Below are positions 42,801 to 54,800 of a DNA stretch of 64,000 nucleotides, one piece after another (position 1 is the stretch's first letter; the number at the start of each line of letters is the position of its first letter). The notes beneath the pieces were generated by a model. It worked only from the letters and a program-made list of their open reading frames with translations, made no database searches and had not been told where the DNA came from. Origin of the DNA: Actinomycetes bacterium (lineage in GTDB: Bacteria > Actinomycetota > Actinomycetes > Propionibacteriales > Propionibacteriaceae). The stretch spans positions 1,781-65,780 of the forward strand of contig JAEZHJ010000009.1 in NCBI GenBank assembly GCA_023436925.1. Reading direction: 5' to 3'. Made by a program: the position numbers and the translations under genes.

Positions 42801-45800
42801 CACCGGGCGCCACCCCGGTGGACGGCGGCGTCGCCGGCAGCTTCTCCGGCAAGGTCAGCGCCGCTGGCGGCGGGTTCGCCGCGGATGCCACGCTGTCGGC
42901 CCGGTTCAACACCAGCGGCCAGCAGCTCGACGAGTCGGTCACGGTCAACGGCGCCACCCTGCGGCTGGTCTTCGACGAGGACGAGCTGGCCGGCGCTGAC
43001 GGTGCCTTCTTCGAGTTCGTCGTGGCGGCGAGCATCCGGATCAGCGACTTCGTCGAGATCGCCGGCACCTTCAGCTTCGGCTCCGGCACCACCCCCGCCA
43101 CCATCACCGACGTCACGGTCTTCGTCGGCGACGGCCCCGGCTTCACCAGCGTCGACGGCGCCACCGACCGCAACCCCTTCGCCCGCGGGCTCTACATCAC
43201 CGGTGCCAGCGGCCAGGCCAGCGCTGACGCCTTCGCCCTGCGCGGCACCATCGAACTGGTCGGTATCTCGGGGCTGACCCTCGCCGGCACGGTCCAGGTG
43301 CTGTACAACAAGGGGACCACCGCGACGACCCTGATGCTCGGCACCGAGTCGGTGGCGGTCGCCGCCGGTACGGCCACCGCACCCTTCCTGCTGGTCGTCG
43401 GCAGCGCGATCACCGTCGACATCGCCGGCCAGCGGCTGACCGGCGCGATCGGCATCGAGAAGACTGCCACCCGGTTCCGGATCGCGGCCGGGACGGCCAT
43501 CAACGAGATCGACGGCACCGCCGCGACCGAGGACTACGACGCCCTGAGGCTGACCTTCGGCGAGGGGATCGCCAGCCTTGCCGCCAGCGGCTTGATCGAC
43601 CTCGCCGCCACCGGCGTGGTGGCGGTGCTGGACGGCGAACTGGTGCTGGACGCCGGGGACGCCTTCGCGCTGACCTCGCCGGCCAGCCTCCAGCTCAACA
43701 GCACGAGCGCGGTCGCCACCGTCGGCGGGGTCACCCTCGCCCCGCGTTCGGTGGTCGTCCAGGTCGGCACCGCCGATGCGCCCGCCACCCTCTCCCTGTT
43801 CGGGCAGAGCCTCTCCGGCGTCCTGCTCTTCTCGCAGGTCGTCGGGGTCGCCGGGGGTGTCGCCACCGCGCCGCCGGTCACCAGCCAGCTGGTCATCACC
43901 AACCTGACGTTGTCGATCGGCAGCAGCACCGCCGGGGTCCGGATCACCGACGGCACCGCCTTCCTCTCCCTCGGCGCCTCGGTCGCCGGCCGGATCGCCG
44001 GCCGGGTCAGCCTGGTCGGCACCCCGGTCACGATCTCGGGCGCCGTCGAGGTGCTGGTCAACACCGGCTCGCAGAAGGTCACCGCCAGCGTCGAGGTGGA
44101 CGGCAGCAGCGTCGGCCTCGAGGTCCCCGGCGGGCCCTACCTCAAGGTCGTCGGCACCGACATCACGCTGGCCATCGCCGGCCAGCGGATCAGCGGTGAC
44201 CTCGCCATCACCCAGGCCGCCAACGCCGTCGGCAGCACCCTCACCGTCTCGCTGAGCCGGGTGAGCGCGGGCTTCGGTGACGGCAGCACCGACCTCGTGC
44301 GGCTGGTCAACGGCACTGGTGACCTGACCCTGGGCGACAGCGGGCTGATCGGGTCGATCGCCGGCACCGTCCAGCTCGCGCTACCCGGGGTCGAGGTCTC
44401 CACAGGGCTGAGGCTGGAGATCGGGGTCAACAGCCTGGTCCTGGCTGCCAGCGACCTCACCGTGACCGTCGGCGGGTTCGCGCTCCGCGGCTCGGTACGG
44501 ATCAGCCAGCTCACCGTGGGACTCGCCCGGACCACCCGGCTTGAGTTCACCGGCACCGCCGACCTCGGCGACCCGATCGGCGCGGTGAGCCTGGGCGGCG
44601 ACCTCACCCTGACCGCCGCGGGGATCAGGGGACAGCTGACGCTCGCCGCGGACCTCACCATCGGCGACGTCTCGATCACCGCCGATCCGCTCAGGCTCGA
44701 GATCGACACCGCCACCGGCCTGGTCGCCATCACCGGCGAGGGCATGTCCCTCAGCATCGCCGGGGTCGCGCTGGCCGGCTCCTTCGCGATCCGCCGCGTG
44801 GCGGCCGGTGGCGGCGCGACCCGGACCGTCGTCGCGGTCAGCGGCGGCAGCCTGACGCTGACCGGCACCACCCCGATCCTGCGCAACATCAACGGCCTGC
44901 TCGTCATCGTCCCGCCAACCACCCCCGGCGCCACCACGGGCGCCCAGGCCGGCGGGATCGCCGGCCAGTTGTCCGGCACCGTCGACCTGTCCAGCCTGCT
45001 GCCGGCCGAGGTCGGCGTCAGCGGCGGCTTCGCCCTGACGGTCAACCGCACCGGCCGACGGGTCACCGAGTCGGTCACCATCGCCGGCGCCACCACCACC
45101 CTCGACCTGGCGGCCGGGCCGTACCTCAAGGTCGCCGGCACCGCGGTCACGCTGAACCTGATGGGGCAGCGGCTGACCGGCTCGGTCTCCTTCGAGCAGG
45201 CCGGCTCGACCACCAGGATCGTCCTGCAGGACGTCAGCCTGCGGCTCGGCGACGGCGTCACCGACCTGGTCGCGATCTCCACCGTCGGGATCAACGAGTT
45301 CACCCTGGGCGCCACCACGGGCCCGACCCCGACCCGGTACCTGTTCGGCCGGTTGGCCGTCCAGGTCGCCCTCAACGTGCCCGGGCTCAGCCTCGGCGGG
45401 GAGCGGCTCTGGCTCGACATCAACACCGACACCGCCGCCGCCCACTCGCTGGCCGACGGGACCCCGCTGGCCGCCAACCTGTTGCGGGTCGGCGGCACCG
45501 GGATCCACCTCGACGTGGCCGGCCAGCGGCTCTCCGGCACCTTCTGGGTCGAGCAGACCGGTCCGGCGACCGCTCGGGTCACCCGGGTCAGCGTCAGCGA
45601 CCTGTTCCTCTTCCTCGGTGACCCAGGCGCCGACGGCCTGGCCGGCGACTCGGCGACCGCGGCTGCCTTCGCCGACAACCGGGGCGTCGCGCTCGCAGAC
45701 GGCTCCGGTGCGCTGCTGCTCAGCGCGGCCGGCGTGGCGGGGGTCGTCGCGGGCACGATCGTGGTCGGACCAGGCCTCGACTCCTCGGTGCTGGACATCG

Positions 45801-48800
45801 ACCCGATCGAGGTCAAACTCGAGCTCAACACCAGGCCGACGGCGGTCGAGGATGGGGCGCTCGGCCTCTCCCTGCCGGCCGGACGCTTCCTGCGGCTGCA
45901 GCTGGGCGGCACGGCCCCGGTCGGCCTCCGCATCGCGGGCCAGGAGTTCAGTGGACGGTTCAGCTTCGAGCAGGTCACCTCCGCCGGCCCGGACGGGCGC
46001 CTGGGCACCACCGACGATGTCGCCAGCGTCAAGATCGCGGCGACCGCCGTGCAGCTCTTCCTGGGCGACAACGGCGGCACGGCCGGCGACCAGAGCGACG
46101 ACATCGGGCTGCGGGTCTCCGACGGCACCGCGCTGCTGCTGCTCACCCCGGAAGGCATCGCCGGCCGGATCGCCGCCCGTGCGACGCTCAGCCTGGGCGC
46201 CGGCGTCGCCGCGGTCGGTGCCGACGTCGAGGTGACCCTCAACCAGCTGCGGCGCACCGTCGGTGCCACCGTCCGCCCGGTCGCTGTCAACGAGAGCTTC
46301 GTGATCGGCGGCACCACGACCAGCCTCGTGCTGCCCGCCGGGGTCTACGTCAGGGCGGCGATCACCGGGCTCGCCCTGGAGCTCGGCGGCCAGCGGTTCA
46401 CCACCGACCTGCGCTTCGAGCAGGCCCAGCTGCTCAATGCCGACGGCAGCCTGGACCCGGCCGGCAGCACCACGACCACCATCTCGCTGGACAACCTTGG
46501 GCTTCGGCTGGGCACCGCCGACCGCGACATCGTGGTCGTCTCGGGCGGGCAGGGCAGCCTGGTCATCGTCGGGGCGAGCGGCGGGGTCGCCGGCGGCATC
46601 GTCGGCGCGGTCTCGGCCCGGGTCGCCATCGACATCCCTGGTGCCACCTTCCACGGCGCCTTCCAGGTGCTGCTGAACACCCGTCCCGCCGGCACCGGCG
46701 CCTACCTGCTCACCATGGGCACGCCGAGCACCGCCGACGACCTGGCGGTCAGCCCCGGCCTGGCCGTCTCCGGCACCGGGATCGCGCTGGAGATCGCAGG
46801 CCAGCGGCTGACCGGCAGCTTCGGGTTCAGCCGCAGCGCCGCCGGCGACATCGTCGTGCTGGTGGAGGACGCCCGGCTGGCCCTGGGCGACGGCAGCCGC
46901 AGCTTCGTCACCGTCGAGGTGTCCGGCGCCCTGCTGGTGACCTCGCCGCGGCCGGGCGCCGCCGCCGGCCTGGCCGGCGAGCTCACCGCCGCGCTCACCC
47001 TGTCGCCGGAACTCGGCACCCAGCTCGGCATCGACCTCGCGGCCGACCTGCCGGTGGTGCTGCAGCTCAACACCACCGCCGCAGCGGTCAACCGCAGCTT
47101 CACCGTCGGCGCGCTGGCCCGCACCATCAACGTCGGCGCGAACACCCTGGCCGTCCAGGTCGGCCTGACCGGCCGACCCGCCAGCCTGAACCTGTTCGGC
47201 CAGACCGTGAGCGCCGTCGTCCGGTTCGAGCAGGCGACCACCCCGGGCGGCGCCAAGGTGGTCAAGGTCGGCTTCACCGACCTGTCGCTGTTCCTCGGTG
47301 ACGACAAGGGCACCCCGGCCACCGGGGACGACGTGGGGCTGCGCCTGACCGGCGGCTACGGCGCGATCCTGATCACCCCCTCCGGCTACGCCGGCGAGTT
47401 CCTCGGCACCATCGCGCTGGCCGGCCTGCCGGTCACCGTCGACGTCAGCCGGCTCAGCCTCCAGGTCAACACCCTGGCCGTCGCGGTCAGCGAGACCGTC
47501 ACCTTCGTCGACCGCAACGGCGCCGTCACGACCCGCACCATGGTGCTGCCGAAGGGCCAGTTCCTCCGGATCGCCGGCACCGGGATCGTGCTCGGCTTCA
47601 CCGGCACCCCGCTCACCCTGACCGGCGATGTCGCCTTCGAGCGGGTCGGCAGCGGTGCCGACCAGGTCACCCGGATCGGCGTCGCCAACGCCACCCTCAA
47701 CCCCAACGGCCAGGCCATCGACGGCACCTCCCCGTCCGGCAACCTGATCGCCCTGAGCGGCGCCCTGTTCCTGTTCGGTGCCGGCGCGGTGACCAACCCC
47801 GGCGGCCCCGGCACCGCCGACGACGTCCGCACCACCACCGGCGGTGTCGCCGGCGTGCTGACCGGCCGGGTCCAGACCGGCGGGGGAGGGGCCAACCTCG
47901 GCGCCTCGCTCGGCTTCGCGCTCAACACCACCGGTGCCGCGGTCAAGCAGAGCGTCGCCGTCGGTGCCCAGACCATCAGCGTCGACCTCACCGCCGGCCA
48001 GCGATTCGCCTTCGTCGCCCGCGACGTCGAGTTCGACCTGGGCGACTTCATCGAACTGCGCGCCGGGCAGATCGTGCTCAGCGGCGACAGCTTCTCCGGC
48101 ACCGGACTCGAGCTGTTCATCGGACGCGGGCCGTCCCGGCTGGCCGACGGCAGCGACAACCCGGACGCGATCGGCGTCCTGATCCGCAACGCCAGCCTCA
48201 CCCTGGTGCGCGACCCCGGCGGCACCGGCTACGCGCTGCGCGCCCGCGGCCAGTTCGCCTTCCTGGGCCTCGACGGGCTCGAGGTGAGCGCCACCGTCGA
48301 CTTCCTGGTCAACACCGCCTCGACCACCCTCGACCCGGGCGACCTGGCGGCCGTCGCCCCGCTGCCCGCCTCGACCGACCCCATCGTGGCCAACTACTTC
48401 AGCTTCAAGGCGGTCAACGTCTCGATCGCCGTGGCCGGCGTGTTCGTGATCAGCGGCAACCTCAGCCTGACCCGGCAGCCGAACGGCGACCTGGATCTCG
48501 CGTTCAACCCGATCGGCCTGCTGATCAAGATCGAGGGCACCAACATCGCCCTGCTGCAGGGCTACGCGTCCTTCACCATCGCGGCCGCCACCGGCCTGCG
48601 GCTGACCAGCTTCAAGGTCGGCTCCTTCAAGCTGCTGCCGCGCGACACCGACCTGCCGCGCTCGGTGAGCGAGCTGACCGGTGCCGGCAATGTGGCGATG
48701 TTCCCCACCGCCGACCTGGCCGGGCCGTACAAGGGCCAGGTGCTCCGCTCCGGCGATCCCAACTACGCCACCAACCAGCTCAAGGTGGTCTTCAACGACC

Positions 48801-51800
48801 CCAACGGCGTCGGGCTCAACGTCGCCACGATCACCGACGCCGAGGCCGAGCTCCAGGTCCTGGTCAACGGCCAGGCGGTCGCGCTGGCCGGGGGCGGCGG
48901 AAACCCGGTGCGGCAGGGGACCAGCAATGTCTGGATCTACACCCTGGCGGCGCCGCTGCCCGCCGGGCTGGTCACCGTCCGCTTCCTGCCGGGCAGCTTC
49001 GCCGACAACGCCGGCGCCACCACGATGGGCGAGGACGAGTTCTTCATCCTGTGGACGCCGCCGGCCGGGGCTCCCACCCAGACCCAGCCCGGCCCGACCG
49101 CGGCCCTGGCCAGCCCGGCCAACGGCGGGGTCATCACGGTCGCCCAGATCAACGCCCAGGGCTACCTCGACGTCACCTACACCAGCCTGGACGGCAGCCC
49201 GATCCTGAAGTCGTCGCTCGACACCACGGTGCCGTTCCGGGTCAGCGGCACCGGCGTGGCCGACCTGCTGGTGCACACCACCGCCGGCAACGAGGGCCGG
49301 CCGGTCATCCGCGCCACCCCGCTGCTGGTCACCGGCCGGGCGGACAGCGCCACCTCGGTGACCTACCGCTACTTCCTGCAGGACCGCAACAAGCAGAACG
49401 CGGTCGGCCTGTTCCAGACCGGCACCGTCCAACTGGTTTTCGACGGCGAGTTCTACAGCTCCGGCAACGGCACCGCCCCGGCGGGCGCCCCGGGCAACCT
49501 GCGCTCGCCCGGGCAGACCCAGTCCTTCCGGATCGACCCGTCGGCTCCCGGCGAGCAGACCAGCAACGGCTCGGTCGGGCTCGGCCCGCTCTCGCTGCAG
49601 GGCCCCAGCATCGGCCTGGCCGACTTCGGCTTCGCCGACGGCATGGTGGTGCTCACCATCGCGCTCGGCGTCGACCGCGCCAGCCTCGACTTCAGCCCGT
49701 CGGCGAGCCAGCCCGGGCAGGCCTCCGGCTCCTCGCCGAGCGTCGAACTGCTCGGCGTGATGGGCACCTTCGACCTGGCCGTGGACGTGTTCGGCCTGCT
49801 CTCGGGCAAGTTCCGGGTCGAGCCGACCGGCGCCTGGTCGCTGAACGTCGCGTCGCTGGAGGCGCTGATCCCCAATGTCGCCGAACTGCGGGCGACCGGG
49901 ATCGCCATCAAGTACGACCCGACCGCCCCGCGCGGCCAGGAGTTGGTGCGGATCAACACCGCCGAACTTACCCTGCCCAAGTTCGGCATCACCGGCAGCC
50001 TGCGGCCCTACAACCCGACCACCCGCGCCAACCTCGATGTCGACAACGACGCCGCGCTGGCCACCGGGGTGGTCCCGGGCCTCATCGTCCGCGACAACGG
50101 CTTCACCCTGGGCACCGCCGAACTGAAGTACAAGCCCGGCACCCCGTCGGTCGGCGGCGCCGCCCCGATCGGCGGTGGAACCGGCAAGATCAACATCTTC
50201 GGGATCCTCGAGCTCGACGACATCCGGGTCGGCGTCTCCGGCCTGGCGGTCAACTTCGACGCGGCCAACCCGGTCGCCGGGTTCACCGGCGAGATCTACA
50301 TCGCCACCGGCGGCGCGACCCTGTTCCCGGGCAAGTCATTCACCGCCCGGCTGACCGACCGCACCACCGCTGACGACCGCCGTCCGGACGGCAGCATCGA
50401 CGACGAGGCCTTCCGGATCGGGCTCGGCTTCAGCGGGGGCGCGGTCACCGCCTTCGTGCTCGATGTCGACACGATGGAGATCGTGCTGGGCGGCTACGTC
50501 ACCCTCACCGCCCGCGACTTCGCCCTCGACACCTCGGCCGCCGGCACCGACGCCGAACTGGTCAGCTTCGCCACCGTCGGTGCGACCGTCACCATCGGCG
50601 ACCTGCGGCTGTCCGGTGAGGGACGCCACTTCGCCGTCACCGGCAACGGCGGGTTCGTCACCAAGTCGGGCTTCGGGGTCTTCCTCGCGGTCGGATCCGC
50701 GACCGGCGCCTCCTTCAAGTGGCCGTCCTGGCTGCCGATCCGGATCGACGCCATCGGCATCGAGTGGGACGACATCCAGCAGAACCCGGGCGACTTCGTC
50801 CTGACCCTGTCGGCCAGTGTCACCGGCATCCAGGGTCTGGCCGGCCTCAACTTCTCCGGCTCGGTCCAGGGCATCCGGATCCAGCCCTCCCTGCTGCTCG
50901 AGGGCAAGTTCCCGGTGATCGGGATTGACGCCTTCGGGGTCACCGCCAGCGGCTCGCTGTTCGGCGGCGAGATCAACGCCGGCCTGATCGGCGGCATCCT
51001 GCGCCTCGACTCCGACTTCTCGATCATCGGCACCTTCGACCGCACCACCCCGGTCGCGCAGCGGGTGCTCTACCTCGGCCTGCAGGGCGGGTTCTCGATC
51101 GCCGGCATGGCCGGGTTCACGATCCGGCTGGGCCTGAGCGAGCTCGGCCCGCTGCAGGTCTTCATCAACGTCGAGACGCCGACCGGCATCCTGCTGGTGC
51201 CGCAGATCGGCCTCACCCTGAACGACTTCGCCGCGGGGGTGGAGTTCTTCAAGACCCTGCCCTCCCTGGAGGACCCGTTCGCGCTGCGCAGCAGTGTCGC
51301 CGACCTGCCGACCGCCCAGACCGCCGACAGCTGGCTGGTCTCGCTGCAGCAGCAGGTCGCGGCCCAGGCCAGGGCGGTCGCCGCCAACCCGGCGATCGGC
51401 GGCTTCCTGGCCGCCTTCACCGCCCCGATGGTGATCACCGGCGGCGCCCGGATCTACTCGCTGTACACCTCAGAGCAGCTCTTCAACGGCCAGGTGACGG
51501 TCAAGATCTCCACCGACGGCAAGATGCTGATCATCGGCAAGCTGAACTTCGCCGCCAACAGCGTGTCCTTGTCCGGCCGGCTCTACGTCGACCTGTCCAA
51601 GGTCGCCCAGGGGGATGCGACCGTGCTCTTCCTGGCCGACATCCCCGACCAGGTCCGGCTGCTCACCCTGTACGGCAAGCTCAAGATGGGCTTCCGCGAC
51701 TCCTCGGGACGTGAGGTCGAGTTCGACGTCCTCGACGTCCCCGACCCCGACGCGACCGGCACCGCCCCGACCACCGAGGTCGGCGGCCCGGTGGCCGGCG

Positions 51801-54800
51801 GCGGCAGCGCCGACCTGTCCGTGGTCAACGGACCCGACGGCGAGCGGTACATCGACGTCGTGTTCACCGCCCCGTCCGGCGCCACGCTGAACCTGGCCGA
51901 GATCCTCGGCGAGGGCCAGGAGTTCACCGCCGGCTACGTCCGCGCCGACGGCAGCATCCGTCCGCTGACGATCAACGGCCGTCCCGTCCCGTTGATCGCG
52001 GTCACCACCAGCAGCGGCCTGCTCTTCGTCCCCGTCCAGTACGACACCACCAGCAGCGACCGGAAGAAGTGGCGGGCGTTCTACCAGTACAGCGCCACGC
52101 CGGGCGGGTCGCTGACGACCGTCGAGATCGTGTCCGGAGCCCAGGTCGACCAGACCGCCCTGCTGGCGACCGCCACCGGGCTGGGCTACTTCACCCAGCA
52201 GGCGCTGCGGGTCGCCGGCGTCACCCGGTTCCGCTACACCGTCACCGGCGGGCTCACCGACAACAAGTGGGACATCGGGACGGTGCGGGTCAGCTTCGCC
52301 GAGGGCGCGATCCGCAACAGCGACGTCATGGTCAACGGCGTGACCACCCCCGGCGCCCGCAGCGCGGCCCGCACGGTCGAGTTCCAGATCACCGGCGTCA
52401 CCGCCGTCGTCACCAACCCCGGTGCCGGCATCGACATCAACCTGGTCAACAACCGGGGCTGGAAGACCTTCCTGGACGTCACCTTCACCGCCCCCGAGGG
52501 TCGGCTGCTGGTGCTCGCCTCCCTGCTCGACCTCGCCCCCGAGTTCACCATCTCGGGCAGCGGCCTGGGCACCGCGGTGCTGGACGCCACCCGCGCCCCG
52601 ACCGTGCTCGGCGAGGCCACCGCCACCGCGGCCAGCTACACCCTGCGGTTCTGGGTGACCGGCGCCTTCGCCGAGACCGGGACGGTCAGCGTCGCCCCGA
52701 TCGCCGGCTCGTGGTCCTTCGCCTCGGACGCGACCGCCGAACTGCCCTCCGGTACCCCGGCCCCGTCCTGGCAGGTCGGCGCCGGCACCACCGGGATCCT
52801 GATCCGCCTGGCCGGGCTGCGTACCGACTCGGGTGCCTGGCAGCTGGCCTCAGGGCTGCTGCTCGACCCGGCCTCCTTCACGATCGCCGACCTGGTCGAC
52901 GCTGACCCGTCGACCCCCGGCGTCCAGCTCTACGCCGTCGGCGATGTCCGGGTGACCGTCGACGCCGGCGTCGCGTTCACCTACCTCGGCGACGGCGTCT
53001 TCTCGGTGGGCGTCGTGGTGACCGGACTCCGCTCCACCGAGGACGACGCCAACCCCACCGTCACCATCGCGCCCACCGTCAAGCCCGGCGCTGTCTCGGG
53101 CGCCAGCGCTGACGACTCCGCCTACGCCGCCGATCGGCTCGAGGTGAAGCCGTTCCCGGTCACCGGGGCCGCGGCGAACCCGACCAGCTACCTCGACATC
53201 CGGTTCACGCCGAGCATCGGCCGGCTGCTGCTCGACAACAGCATCGACGGCGACGAGTTCGTGATCACCGGGCCGGGCGCGGGCTCCGTCCAGCTCACCG
53301 GGACGCCGTTCCTGCTGGAGGGCACCACCTACCGCTACCTGCTCACCGGACGGTTCAGCGTCGGTGCCGTGAACCTGGTCTTCACGCTGGCCAACTTCCG
53401 CGACGACTCGGGCCGCTCGCCACCGGCCGAGGCCACCTCCACCAGCACCTTCAGCGTGATCGGCGCCACCGCCGACGCGATCTGGTCGGACAAGGCGCTC
53501 AACGGCCAGATCATCGGCGTGGACGTCCTCAACGGCCGCCGCTACCTCGAGATCACCTTCCGGCCCGCGGCCGGCTCGACCCTCGACCACTCCACCATCA
53601 ACGGTGACGAGCTGGTCTTCACCGCCCCCGACGGCACCGTCATCATCCTCGGTTCGCCGGTCCGGGTCGGCACCAGCGACACCTACCGGTACTCGTTCAG
53701 CGCCACCCTCGCGGTCGGCCGCTACACCCTCGGCTTCGTGTCCGGCAGCTTCGCCGACCAGGCCGGCACTCGCAACGCCGCCGAGGTCGAGAGCTTCACC
53801 CTCGCCGCCCCCACCGTCGTCGTCACCAACCCGAACAACGGGGCGGCCGGCGACGCCAAGGACTTCGGCCGCCGCGGCTACATCGACATCACCTTCCCGA
53901 CCATCAACGGGATCGCCGTCGACCCCGACTCGATCCTGGACGCGGGCGCCGAGTTCACCGTCGAGGCCGCGGGCGCCGTGCTGAAGATCGTCGGCGCCCC
54001 CACCCTGCTCGGCAACGGCACGTACCGGTACTGGTTCACCTACACCCTGACCAACGAGACCGACCCGGTCACCGGAGCGCCGGGCACCATCGGGGCGTTC
54101 AGCAACTGGCGCTTCCTGCCGGGCAGCTGGACCAGCCTCTCCGGGGAGCAGTGGACGGCCGAGCACGGCGCGCCCACCGACCACACCCCGGCCACCGGCG
54201 TGGTCTGGTTCGACGTCCGCTACACCGGCATCGGCGGCCTGGACATCGAGCAGTTGCTGGCCGGCGGCCAACTCACCCTGACCGGGGCCGGCTCCGAGGC
54301 GCTCACCGCCGGCGACATCGTCCAGCTCGACGACAACACCTTCCGCTACCTCTACACCGGTGCGCTGACCCCCGGCACCCTCACCCTGAGCATCGCCGCC
54401 GGCTCCTGGTCGGACCAGGCCGGCAACGCCGGCACCGGCACCACGTCCACCTTCCACCTGATCACCCGGGGCAGCTCCTTCTACATCGAGCTGCTGGGCG
54501 GCATCATCCTGGCCACCGCCGGCCTGACCGAGGATCCGCTGCTCGACCTGCGCGCCCGGGTCATCCTGGAGATCGACCCGGCCCGCAAGCTGTTCGCGCT
54601 GAGCTTCGACGGCCAGATGTCGATCATCCACCTCGGCACGGTCGGCTCGACCTCCGGCAAGTTCGTCCTGGACCTGGGCGACGAGAGCACCTCGGTGCCG
54701 CAGTTCTGGGGCGTGGCGACCATCGAGACCAACTTCTCCGCGCTCGAGCCCTACGGCATCAAGATGTTCGCCAAGGGCACCCTGCAGATCAACCTCACCG

